Shown: positions 1 to 9,400 of the stretch, in pieces
How the letters are laid out: each line of letters begins with the position of its first letter
Position numbering within the stretch: position 1 is the first letter of the stretch
Assembly (NCBI GenBank): GCA_040752695.1
Contig: JBFMGO010000030.1
Span: forward strand, 1-53,511
Length of the DNA stretch: 53,511 nucleotides
Direction: 5' to 3'
Origin: a bacterium
Lineage (GTDB): Bacteria; SZUA-182; DTGQ01
Made by a program: the position numbers and the translations under genes
Notes under the pieces: generated by a model
What the model was told of the DNA's origin: nothing
Database searches by the model: none
The model's input: the letters and a program-made list of their open reading frames with translations, nothing else

Positions 1-1
1 C

Positions 2-540
2 CTCTTGCTCTTCAGGCAAGGCGGTTTGATCATCTGGTTGAATCTCTTGCTCTTCAGGCAAGAGGGGTTGGGCCTCTCTTTGGGCCTCTTGCTCTTCAGG
101 CAAGAGAGTTTGAACCGCTTCTGCTGCTGCCTCCGCTGAAGGAATTTCAATCTCTTCTGTTTCTACAGAGGGAGTGATTTGGGTCTGTGCTGCTGCCTCC
201 AGTGCCTCCAGTGAAGCGGGTTGCACCTCTAGCAGGGCCTCTTGCTCTTCAGGCAAGGGGAGGGGGACCTCTGGTGCCTCCTCAAAAGTGGTTAGGAGAA
301 CCTCTTCTGTTTCCACAGAGGGAGTGATTTGGGTCTGTGCTGCTGCCTCCAGTGCCTCCAGTGAAGCGGGTTGCACCTTTATTTGGGCCTCTTGCTCTTC
401 AGGCAAGGCGGGTTGAACCTCTAGGACTTCTTGTTCTTCAGGCAAGAGAATTCGGGCCTCCATTTGGGCCTCTTCCTCTTCAGGCGAGGGGATTTGGACC
501 GCTTCTGCTGCTGCCTCCGCTGAGGAAATTTCAACCAGCC
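2..540 (-). repeat. Coding repeat: ~7 copies of CTCTTGCTCTTCAGGCAAG (LPEEQE) plus a ~100-bp near-exact duplication (about 158-259 vs 308-408)
   Basis: Directly visible; the copies are in frame with the FHA gene. Confidence 0.85.
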
Positions 541-1180
541 CCGTTTCGCGATATGAAATTTCAGAATTCTGGCATTCGCTGTCATGAGAAATTGGGTCAG
601 GCGCGTTTTCCTGATGCCGGTTTTCAGAATGCGAAACTTGCAGAACATCAGTACAGCTTTCAACTTCCTTTAGTGGATCTTCCACATCTTTCTTCTCCTC
701 CATCCACTTAGCATCCTTCTTATCTTTCAAACCTTCAGACAACAGGGGATTAACTTCGGAAATCTGCCTGGTATCTTGATCCAGCTTAATTTTGAGAGTA
801 AAGGGCCCTATGAGTACAGAATCCGAGGGAGTCAACACACGGGTGGAGATAAACCTGCCATTTACCATAATCCCACTACCAAGGTTTCCATCAGATACGG
901 ATATTTGGTCACCATGTACGTAGAAAAAAGCGTGGATGTTAGAAATATTTCGACCCTGTAAGACAAGATCTGCCTCCTCACTTTTACCTACGATGACTTT
1001 TTCTTTATAAAAATGCTCGTTCTTGATCAGATTATTCCCTTCAAAGATGGAAAATTGTAAAACTTTTCCATCCTCCAGGTGAGTTTCTGGCTTCTCATCT
1101 TGCCAGGCGGGTTTACAGAGATCGGTCGCAGTGATTTCAATTGAAGATATGTTTTTATAAGATTCCATGTTCAACTTCAT
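2..1180 (-). CDS. FHA-domain protein with E/P/Q-rich repeat linker; 3' end runs off the left edge (possible GltG/AgmX-PglI-like TonB-type protein)
   Basis: Missing from the ORF track because it has no stop in the window. Manual translation from ATG 1180 or 1168 gives MESYKNISS...KEKVIVGKSEEADLVLQGRNISNIHAFFYVHGDQISVSDGNLGSGIMVNGRFISTRVLTPSDSVLIGPFTLKIKL (FHA-like G-K/S-x-x-H/NG pattern), then repeated LPEEQEA units. The frame stays open to position 2. Confidence 0.75.
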   Translation of the reverse strand, partial: MKLNMESYKNISSIEITATDLCKPAWQDEKPETHLEDGKVLQFSIFEGNNLIKNEHFYKEKVIVGKSEEADLVLQGRNISNIHAFFYVHGDQISVSDGNLGSGIMVNGRFISTRVLTPSDSVLIGPFTLKIKLDQDTRQISEVNPLLSEGLKDKKDAKWMEEKKDVEDPLKEVESCTDVLQVSHSENRHQENAPDPISHDSECQNSEISYRETGLVEISSAEAAAEAVQIPSPEEEEAQMEARILLPEEQEVLEVQPALPEEQEAQIKVQPASLEALEAAAQTQITPSVETEEVLLTTFEEAPEVPLPLPEEQEALLEVQPASLEALEAAAQTQITPSVETEEIEIPSAEAAAEAVQTLLPEEQEAQREAQPLLPEEQEIQPDDQTALPEEQE

Positions 1181-1257
1181 CCTCTTTCTTTTATTAGGTG
1201 CGTAAGATGATTTTTAACCTGTGAACCTTTCCTAAAATAGAGCCCCCGGTGTTTAAA

Positions 1258-1291
1258 CTCCCCCCTCCCCCTTTAGAAAAAGGGGGAGGAG
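1258..1291. terminator. C-rich/G-rich hairpin (CTCCCCCTTT-AGAA-AAAGGGGGAG), REP-like or terminator
   Basis: Inverted repeat between the ExbB-like and FHA genes; a degenerate relative lies at ~49558-49591. Confidence 0.5.
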
Positions 1292-1353
1292 GCATTTTGG
1301 CATAGGCTCGTTAAAATGGGTTGAAGTCACTGCTTATTATCAGAAAACTTTCA

Positions 1354-1968
1354 TCAGGCATTGCTTCTCAAGGTAGAAAGAGTATTAAAGAGACTGAGGG
1401 CTTTCTCTTTCAACTGAGCAATGATGTAGTTTCCTCGGTTATTGAGAATGAAGTATCCTATCAGGCAGGGGATAGCTACTACCAAGCCAAATGCGATGCT
1501 GACCATAGCCTGAGAGATCCCCCTCATGATCATCTCCGTGCCGGTGACCTGGCTCATTTCGCTTAATGAATTGATTAAGCTCACTACGGTCCCGAGGAAC
1601 CCAAGAAGAATTGAGATAATGGCAAACATGCCCATATAGTTTATTCCAGCCTTGATGACAGGGGCCTCTCTCAAAATTTTTTCTTCCATGGCACGCTCAA
1701 TATCTTTATCTTTTTTATTGAATTTGAGCAGTCCTGCCTTGAGTGTTCGACCGAGAGGGTGATTCTCAATCTTGACACACTCTTCTATCGCCCCCCGATA
1801 ATTCATTCTTTCCATCAAGAGGACAATTCTCTGAAGGGTATCATCAGTATTTAAGTTCAAGCGAAAATAGAGGAAAGCGACGCGGTTACAGAATAAGCCC
1901 AAAGCAACGACCGACAGTAATAAAATGCCGTACGTGAATACAGTCCCGTTGTGGAAAACAGTAATCAT
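1354..1968 (-). CDS. MotA/TolQ/ExbB proton-channel family protein (AglR-like)
   Basis: N-terminal TM, HPLGRTLKAGL, LLGFLGTV and GISQAMVSIAFGLVVAIP motifs; GGAGGGAG RBS. Confidence 0.9.
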   Translation of the reverse strand: MITVFHNGTVFTYGILLLSVVALGLFCNRVAFLYFRLNLNTDDTLQRIVLLMERMNYRGAIEECVKIENHPLGRTLKAGLLKFNKKDKDIERAMEEKILREAPVIKAGINYMGMFAIISILLGFLGTVVSLINSLSEMSQVTGTEMIMRGISQAMVSIAFGLVVAIPCLIGYFILNNRGNYIIAQLKEKALSLFNTLSTLRSNA

Positions 1969-2015
1969 TGGTTTCTCCCTCCATGGTTTGTGTTTTTGCT
2001 CCTGGAATTTTTCCT

Positions 2016-2031
2016 AGCAAACCTCATACCA
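2016..2031 (-). promoter_or_regulatory. sigma54 (-24/-12) promoter for the ExbB-like/FHA genes
   Basis: Minus strand TGGTATGAGGTTTGCT = GG-N10-GC with TTGC, ~48 nt upstream of the ATG. Confidence 0.7.
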
Positions 2032-2429
2032 TTCGAGGAAAGATGAAGAATTTTCGTAGGTTAGGGGGAGGCTCTTATTTCGTGCCACAGTACCACTGAC
2101 AATACTGTTATAGCTAAAAGGTGGTTAATTCATTGATATGTATAATATTTGAAAGAAAATGACCATTTTCCATTATTACGAAATGGTAATTGGAAATAAC
2201 AATTTTGTAAATCCAAAGGTGATTTCTGTAAACCATAAAATACAACCTGCCATACTGTAAACCAGAGAATACACCCTGCGATAAATAAGCTTGACTACTG
2301 CCTGCCACTGCCGGATAATAACAAAAAGTTACATAACGCTAAAAGATCAGGATGATAATCGACAGAATTACAGAACGATAGTCCACAGGATAAACGGTAC
2401 GGCTATCTATAACATAAACATAAGAAGCC

Positions 2430-2882
2430 ATGGCAGAAAAAGACAAACTGGAGCCAGGTAAATTCAGGCAGACTGAATGTAACCCAATTGGATGCATGCC
2501 GGGTGAGTGTAACCCAGGTGAATGCAAGCCAGGTGAAGAATACAGTCCAGATGAATGCAATCCCCTCGAATGTGATCCCCCTGAATGTAATCAAAATGGA
2601 TGCAGCCGGGATGCATGTAATCCAGTGCAAATTCCAATTGAGGATTTCCTGGATCTTCACACCTTCCGTCCGAAGGAAATCCCCTCACTTCTACAGGATT
2701 ACATCGAAGCCTGTCGGGAAAAGCAGATCTATCAGGTTCGGATCATTCATGGCAAGGGAACTGGCGTACTGAGGAAAAAAGTACACAGTTTCCTGAAGTC
2801 CTCTCCCCTGGTGGAATCTTTTTCTCTGGCTCCGCCCCAGGCAGGATTTTGGGGAGCCACTATCGTTGTCCTCAAACGGTAA
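2430..2882 (+). CDS. Smr/MutS2 C-terminal domain protein with an N-terminal Cys-rich pentapeptide repeat
   Basis: LDLHTF...VRIIHGKGTGVLR...WGATIVVL is an Smr domain; the N-terminus has ECNP(G)-like repeats. Confidence 0.9.
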   Translation: MAEKDKLEPGKFRQTECNPIGCMPGECNPGECKPGEEYSPDECNPLECDPPECNQNGCSRDACNPVQIPIEDFLDLHTFRPKEIPSLLQDYIEACREKQIYQVRIIHGKGTGVLRKKVHSFLKSSPLVESFSLAPPQAGFWGATIVVLKR

Positions 2883-3125
2883 GAACTTTGGAGCTTTGGG
2901 GTCACATCTTCATAGTACAGGCCGCGGGAAATACGCGTCCGGTTCTTCCTGACCTTTTAAGGGATCATTACATGATCCATCAATTGGAACTTGACAGGGT
3001 ACCAGCCCGCCGACCGCTTTATATGCCGGCGTAAGGGATCGCTTTATATCCCAGCTTCCGCACCCTCTTTATGAAATTAAATATTTATGTGATCCGATGA
3101 ATTTTGAACTAACGTCCTTGCTAGC

Positions 3126-3153
3126 CGTCATTCCCGCCTTCGCGGGAATGACG
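3126..3153. repeat. REP-like palindrome CGTCATTCCCGC-CTTC-GCGGGAATGACG
   Basis: Perfect 12-bp stem with a 4-nt loop between convergent smr and ykgJ-like genes. Confidence 0.8.
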
Positions 3154-3367
3154 AAAAAATGCTCCATACTGCCGGATATACTCCTCATGCCCCTCCTCCC
3201 CTCACTATAGAGACAGAAAACCCGTGTGGTGCGAAAGGAGCGTGTCCACCGCTTTCGAGGAAAATCTGCAAAAAGGAAAAATCTACAAATTATCCATATG
3301 GGTGCAGAAGATCGGATAGAAGATTAAGATTTTCTTTTATCAAGGCACAAAAGCCTCTCAAAGTATT

Positions 3368-3757
3368 TTACGGGCACTGTTTTTTGGTTATGATGCCGGG
3401 ACACTCTTTGACTACCTGGTCGGTATGTTCCTTAAAATACTCCCAGAATGGATACTGCCGGCATTGAAATGGCCTGACCGGATAAATCGAACATCGCTTC
3501 CTGTCGTCTTCAAAAAAGATGCAATCAAAGCCCTGCCCGGTAAACCGCTCTTTGATAGAGAACCTATGGTCAACACGGTTGAGGCAGGTCCGAATAAAAT
3601 CGATCACAGGTATATTTAAAAAGGAACAGATCTGGAGCATCTCACCCTGGTTTACCCAGATATGGCCTGATTCACCACGGCAGCAGGAGCCTGGACAGTC
3701 CTTGCATCTATCGGAATCAAAGCTGAAATCGAAGCCATCTCTTTCTATAATGCTCAT
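3368..3757 (-). CDS. YkgJ/FliB-family cysteine-cluster (CxxCxxxCC) protein
   Basis: CKDCPGSCC, DCIFF, CSIYPVRPFQCRQYPFW, ECPG. Confidence 0.9.
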   Translation of the reverse strand: MSIIERDGFDFSFDSDRCKDCPGSCCRGESGHIWVNQGEMLQICSFLNIPVIDFIRTCLNRVDHRFSIKERFTGQGFDCIFFEDDRKRCSIYPVRPFQCRQYPFWEYFKEHTDQVVKECPGIITKKQCP

Positions 3758-3965
3758 AGGTCTACCGCTTCTCCCCCTCTTTATGGCTGGCCCTGCAAAT
3801 GATTTATTAAGACACTATACAACACTATAAAATCAGCTATTATTGATCAAGTAAAAAAATCCTAAAACTATTATCATGGGTGCGGAATCATGGTTATATG
3901 CCTTATATGCCGGAGTAAGGGAGAGGGATAGGCAGACTGCATCACGGGAGAGGGAACTGAGTGAA

Positions 3966-6365
3966 TCAGGAAGTGACTTTTTGCAGGGTTTTGGCCAGTT
4001 CTCCGATGTCGAAGGGTTTGGCCAGGGAGGCCTTGAATCCGTGGCGGCTATAGTTGGCCAAAATGGGATCATTGGAATAGCCGCTCGAGACGATGGCTTT
4101 TACTTCGGGGTCTATTTCTTGCAGCTTTTGCAGGGTTTCTCTTCCATCAATACCTCCCTGGATGACCAGGTCGAGAATTACCATGCTATAGGACCTGCCG
4201 GATTCCAGTGCTTGTTTATAAAGCCGAATGGCCTCATCGGCGTTCCAGGCCAGGTCGCACTCGTAGCCCAGATGATTGAGCAGTTGGCCAGTGATGTTCC
4301 TGACGGTCGCATCATCTTCCATGACCAGAATCCTCTCCCGCTCAATAGCGGCTTGCAACTGTGCTGCTTTTCCCGGCAGCGCCTTTCCTTCGGCTTCCCC
4401 GGCCCCGGCCCTCGTTGAGACAGGAATGGCGGGAAGATAAAAGGAGAAGGTTGTGCCGGCTTCCACCTCGGAGTCTACCGTAATATAGCCCTCGTGTCTT
4501 CTGATAATGGAAAAGACAGTGGCCAGCCCCAGTCCGCTGCCCTGATCCCTGGTGGTAAAGTAGGGATCGAAGATCTTGCCGATGTTCTCCTCTGGTATGC
4601 CCACTCCTTCATCATGCACCGACACCCTGACATAGTTTCCTCCGCCGAGAGGCAGTCCCTTGGGAGGCTGCCCCTTAAGAGTCCTCCAGCCTTCATAAGC
4701 CTGCCCTTCATGATGCTGCTCCTCGGAAGGCTGCCCTTCCTCCTGGCCGATGGTTATATTTTCGGCCCTTATGGTAATGGTGCCCCCTTTTGGCATGGCC
4801 TGGCTGGCATTGAGGATCAGATTGTTGAGCACCTGACTTATCTGGCCGGGATCGATCTCGACCAGCCAGAGGTCTTCCGGCAGAATAAGCTGGCTGCGGC
4901 TATTCGAGCCCTTCAGGGTAAAGTCTACCGTAGACCTCACAAGTTCCTGAAAAGAGGTGATTTTCTTGATCGGTGCACCGCCCCTGGCGAAGGTCAAGAG
5001 TTGCTCGGATAAGTCTTTAGCCCGCGTAGCTCCTCTCTCGATCGTGTCGAGGATTTCCGTAATCCTGCTTTCCCCCCTGACATAGAATTTGGCCAGGGAA
5101 ACGCCGCCCGTAATGGAGGTGAGGATGTTGCGAAAATCATGGGCAATGCCTCCGGCCAGGACTCCGAGAGATTCGAGCCTCTGGATCTTCCGAATCTCAT
5201 CCTCTGTCCTTTTTCGCTCGGTAATATCGCGGACAATAGCCATGGATGCACGCTTTCCATCATAGTGAATCAGGCCGGCAGATATTTCGACCTCCCTTTT
5301 GGCTCCACTCTTATCCTGTAGTCTGGCTTCATAGAAGGAGGGGACACGCTCGCCTGCCTGACGCGCCCTGTTTCTTTCGATAACCATGTCTCTCGATTCA
5401 GGGGCCACAAGGTCCGCCAAAGTCTTGCCGACCATCTCTTCGACCGAATAGCCGAGCATTCCGGCTGCGGCCTCGTTGGCAAACCTGCACACTCCATCCT
5501 GGGCAACCACCACTCCATCCATGGCCTGCTCGACCAGAGCCGAATACCTGGCCTCGGACTCCCTCAGGGCATTCACGGTCCTGTCGAGCGCAGCCACCGT
5601 ATCCTCAAGACGATCGCGCTGATTTTGCAGCTCCTGCTGGGCAGCTTTTCGTTCGGTAATATCGCTGAGTGCAGTCCGGAAACAGGTGTACCGAGTCTCC
5701 AAGGAGGCACACTGGCCCTCCTTATCAGTTGCGGCTATGCTCTTGAGCTCTGCATAAAATTCCCGGCCATCCTCATTTTTCATCCTGAGCTCACAGGTCT
5801 GATCCACCAGTGTCTCCATAACGTCACGCGTGTGAATAAAAAAGATATCCTGACTGTCCTGGTCAATAAATTGGCTAAGCGGCCTTCCGATCAGCTTTTC
5901 TCTCGCTACGCCTAACAGCCCGGCACCGGTAAGATTGGCCCCGATGATCAGCCCTGTAACATATTCTATGGTAAAATAGCCGACAGGCGCAAAGTCGTAA
6001 AGGTCCCTGTATGTGTCGGCAAGGTCTTTGTACCTGTTGGTCATGTTTAAAAGCTCGGCCTGTTTTTGGCGAAGCTCGTCATTTTGCATCTCGATCTCGA
6101 TCTGATGCACGCCAAGCTCGTGAATGAGCACCTCGATGTCCTTGGCTGCAAGCTTTCTCAAGGCTTCAGGCTCCATTTTCAGAATCGCTTCGGCCTTCGC
6201 TCGAAGGTTCTCAATCCGAAGCACATTTTCCGCACCCTGCTCTTTTGCCTGCTGTCCGGGCTGCTCTTCCTGCTGTCGCGCTTTTGGCTGATGCTCTTTT
6301 TGTTTTTTTTTCTCCTGCTGGTCCTTTCGGTTTTCCGGATTCAGGTTTGCATGTTCACCCTTCAT
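3966..6365 (-). CDS. PAS-PAS hybrid sensor histidine kinase/response regulator
   Basis: IHELGVHQIEIEMQNDEL coil, two PAS domains, H-box GGIAHDF, N-box NLILNA, G-boxes DEGVGI and GSGLGL, C-terminal REC (ILVMEDD, VILDL, KPF). Confidence 0.95.
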   Translation of the reverse strand: MKGEHANLNPENRKDQQEKKKQKEHQPKARQQEEQPGQQAKEQGAENVLRIENLRAKAEAILKMEPEALRKLAAKDIEVLIHELGVHQIEIEMQNDELRQKQAELLNMTNRYKDLADTYRDLYDFAPVGYFTIEYVTGLIIGANLTGAGLLGVAREKLIGRPLSQFIDQDSQDIFFIHTRDVMETLVDQTCELRMKNEDGREFYAELKSIAATDKEGQCASLETRYTCFRTALSDITERKAAQQELQNQRDRLEDTVAALDRTVNALRESEARYSALVEQAMDGVVVAQDGVCRFANEAAAGMLGYSVEEMVGKTLADLVAPESRDMVIERNRARQAGERVPSFYEARLQDKSGAKREVEISAGLIHYDGKRASMAIVRDITERKRTEDEIRKIQRLESLGVLAGGIAHDFRNILTSITGGVSLAKFYVRGESRITEILDTIERGATRAKDLSEQLLTFARGGAPIKKITSFQELVRSTVDFTLKGSNSRSQLILPEDLWLVEIDPGQISQVLNNLILNASQAMPKGGTITIRAENITIGQEEGQPSEEQHHEGQAYEGWRTLKGQPPKGLPLGGGNYVRVSVHDEGVGIPEENIGKIFDPYFTTRDQGSGLGLATVFSIIRRHEGYITVDSEVEAGTTFSFYLPAIPVSTRAGAGEAEGKALPGKAAQLQAAIERERILVMEDDATVRNITGQLLNHLGYECDLAWNADEAIRLYKQALESGRSYSMVILDLVIQGGIDGRETLQKLQEIDPEVKAIVSSGYSNDPILANYSRHGFKASLAKPFDIGELAKTLQKVTS

Positions 6366-6413
6366 TTTTTCACCCCCTTTCAGGATTTAACATTCTTTGG
6401 TTTTTTCATCCTG

Positions 6414-9400
6414 TTACTTCATTTCCTTATTTTTATCAATTTCCTTACTCGCATCCTTTTCCTTACCTTCATCCTTATTCATACTGTCAGTCAATTCCCC
6501 GGCCTCAGGCATTTCCCCTGCTTTATATATTTCCCTGTATTTAGCTACTTCCCTGCGTTTCTTTTCGGTAATATCCTCAAGGGCAAGGAGGATACGCTGC
6601 GGCTTGCCAATCTCCTGATGTATGGCGCGGGCGTTGAGCAGCAGGGTCATCCGGTTGGTATCAGGCCCGGTGAAGGTTATCTCGAAGTCATTAAAGGGCT
6701 GATTGTCATTGACGACTTTATCGAGAAGCCCCTTCAGCTTTTGCATATCAGACTGCTCTCCTGCAAAATCGAAGATGCTCGCTCCCTCGATCCGTTGAGG
6801 ATAGGTCTTCATGATCCGGTAAAAAGCCTGATTAGCCGAAACTATCTTAAAATCTTCATCCAGGATCACCAGAAGCTCACGCACGGCATTCACGATACTC
6901 TCGGCGTATCCCTTGGATGCCTGGGCTACATGCTCCGATTTTTTCATTTCGGTGATATCCACAAAGGAGAGCACCACCCCGTCAATGACGTTATCCATAG
7001 TCCGATAGGGCCGGATGCGTATGGAAAACCAATTGCCATTCTCGGTTTGCTCCTGTTTCTCCATATGTTGCAGGGATCTGAGTACCTCTTTGGCACTCTG
7101 GGCAATATCGAAGGATGAAATTCTTGAGGTGATATCACTTATGGGCCGTCCGATATCACCCGTGATGAGATTGAAAATTTCGGTCATAGCCGGGGTAAAC
7201 CGCCTGATTCTCAACTCCTTATCGAGAAACATGGTGGCGATATCGGTACTGGCCAGGAGGTTATTGATATCGTCGCTGGCCTTCGACAATTCGTTCACCT
7301 TATTCTGAAGCTCGGTATTGACTGTAGCCAGCTCTTCGTTGGTCGATTGCAGTTCTTCCCGCGATGTCTCGAGCTCTTCGTTGGTGCTCTGCGCCTCCTC
7401 GTTAGAGGACTGCAACTCCTCGTTGGCGGATTTGAGCTCCTCGTTGGAAGTTTCAAGCTCCTCGATGGTAGACTGCAATTCCTCTCTGGTGGTGCGGAGC
7501 TTCTCCTCGAGGGCAATCATCCGCGGATCGGCCTCTTCGGCCTTGCGGCCCCTTTTCCCCTTTGGGGGCTTGCACACAGCCGCAGATTCGACAGGTTTAT
7601 CGATAAAGACTACCATGAAAAGTCTTTTGATTTCGGCCGCGTCCGAAATATTTCTTACCACCAGGTCGATCTTCCGGTATTCACCATCATCTTTCACATG
7701 AATTCCCTCGCTCGTCACAGGGTCGTTCTGCCTGACGGCTTTTATGATCATATTCTTGAGATGATGGCTCAATCCCAGACGCGCCATATTCAGAATATTG
7801 AGGTTCGGTTCGCCTACCGGCAGTGTCAGGTACCGGTCAGTCGAACCCTGAAAGTAGAGAATATTGAAATCCTCGTCGATAATGACCGAAGGCGGGGCAT
7901 ACTCTTTGAGGGTAATCCGCTCGATCAGGTCACGAAGACTCGGCTTTCTGATGATCCCCTTCTCTTTCCCGTTTCTGTTGATCTCCCGGTAAACAGGCAT
8001 AGAGATACTGAAGGGTGGATAATCGGCAACATTCACCGCACCATTGCCCCTGTGCTGATAAATCTTCCACTTTTTATCGACCTGTTTAAAAAGGTCATGG
8101 GACTCTCCTATGCTCTCCGAAGTGCCCAGGAAAAGGTAGCCATCCGGATTTAAAGCGTAATGAAAAAGAGGAAGGATCTTTTTTTGCAGTGAAGACTCCA
8201 TGTAAATGAGCAGGTTGCGGCAACTGATCAGATCGAGCTTGGTAAAAGGCGGATCGGTCAGGACATTTTGAACGGCAAAGACAACCATCTGGCGGATCTG
8301 TTTCTTTATTTTGTACATGCCGTCATCTTTCAGGAAGAACCGCTTGAGCCGGCTTTCGGAGACATCGGCCGTAATATTGTCCGGATAGCGGGCAGCACGG
8401 CCCTGGTCGATGGCCTCCTTGTCGATGTCTGAGGCAAAGATCTGAACAGGCCACTCTTTTTTTAGCTCTTCCATCTCCTCGATGAAGAGCATGGCCAGAG
8501 AGTAGGCTTCCTCGCCGCTGGCACATCCCGGAACCCAGACGCGAATTGCGGTCTGATCCCTCTTTTCTTCCAACAGGGTATGGATAACGCGTTCGCTGAG
8601 AGTCTCGAAGGCATCGGCATCCCTGAAGAAACTCGTCACTTTGATCAAAAGATCCTTGAAGAGGTTCTGTACTTCATCTGAATCCTCATGAAGAAGACGC
8701 ACGTAATTTCTTATTTCTACGATCTTGTGAACAGCCATGCGCCGTTCTATTCTGCGGCGGATGGTATTTTGCTTATAATTGCTGAAATCATGCCCGGTCC
8801 TGCTCCGGATAATCATGAAAATCTTCTGAAGATGGTCCTCGAACTGCTTCTCCTCTTCGGCTTCTATCGCCTGAGGACTTTTTACGTAAGGATGCTTCAG
8901 GTACTGGAGGAGTTCCTGCGGCATTTTTTCGACTGGCAGAATAAAATCCACAATGCCCGTACTTATCGCACTATGCGGCATACCGCTGTATTGAGCCTGG
9001 CCCGGGTCCTGAGTCATGACCATCCCGGCCGATCCCTTTATGGCTTTGAGACCGATCGTACCATCCGTTCCGGTTCCCGAAAGGATGATGCCCACACTCC
9101 GCTCACCGCAGTCCTTGGCCAGGGAGCGGAAAAAGTGATCGATCGGCAGGTGGACACCGGAGCCACCCATCGATTTAGGCATATCTATCAATTGAACCCT
9201 GCCATGAAACAGATCCACCAGCTTGTCCGGAGGCCCCAGATAGATAATGCCGGGCTTGATCGTCACTCCATCTTCCACCTCCATCACCCGCATTCCTGTG
9301 TACTTCTGGATGAGGTCGCTCATGTAACTTTTATGCTTCGGATCGAGGTGCTGAATAACGACAAAGGCAATCTTCTCATGAGAAGGCATCTGGCTGAAAA

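Noticed and set aside
2..540. Recurring 19-mer with variable spacers, superficially CRISPR-like
   Set aside because: Copies are in frame in a coding region (LPEEQE), spacers are irregular and partly duplicated, and there are no cas genes.
2072..2088. TGGCACG on the minus strand upstream of the ExbB-like gene
   Set aside because: No TTGC at -12; the 2016-2031 site fits better.
2339..2688. Periodic minus-strand ORFs (LHSPG and FTW repeats)
   Set aside because: Antisense readings of the 15-nt repeat in the Smr gene.
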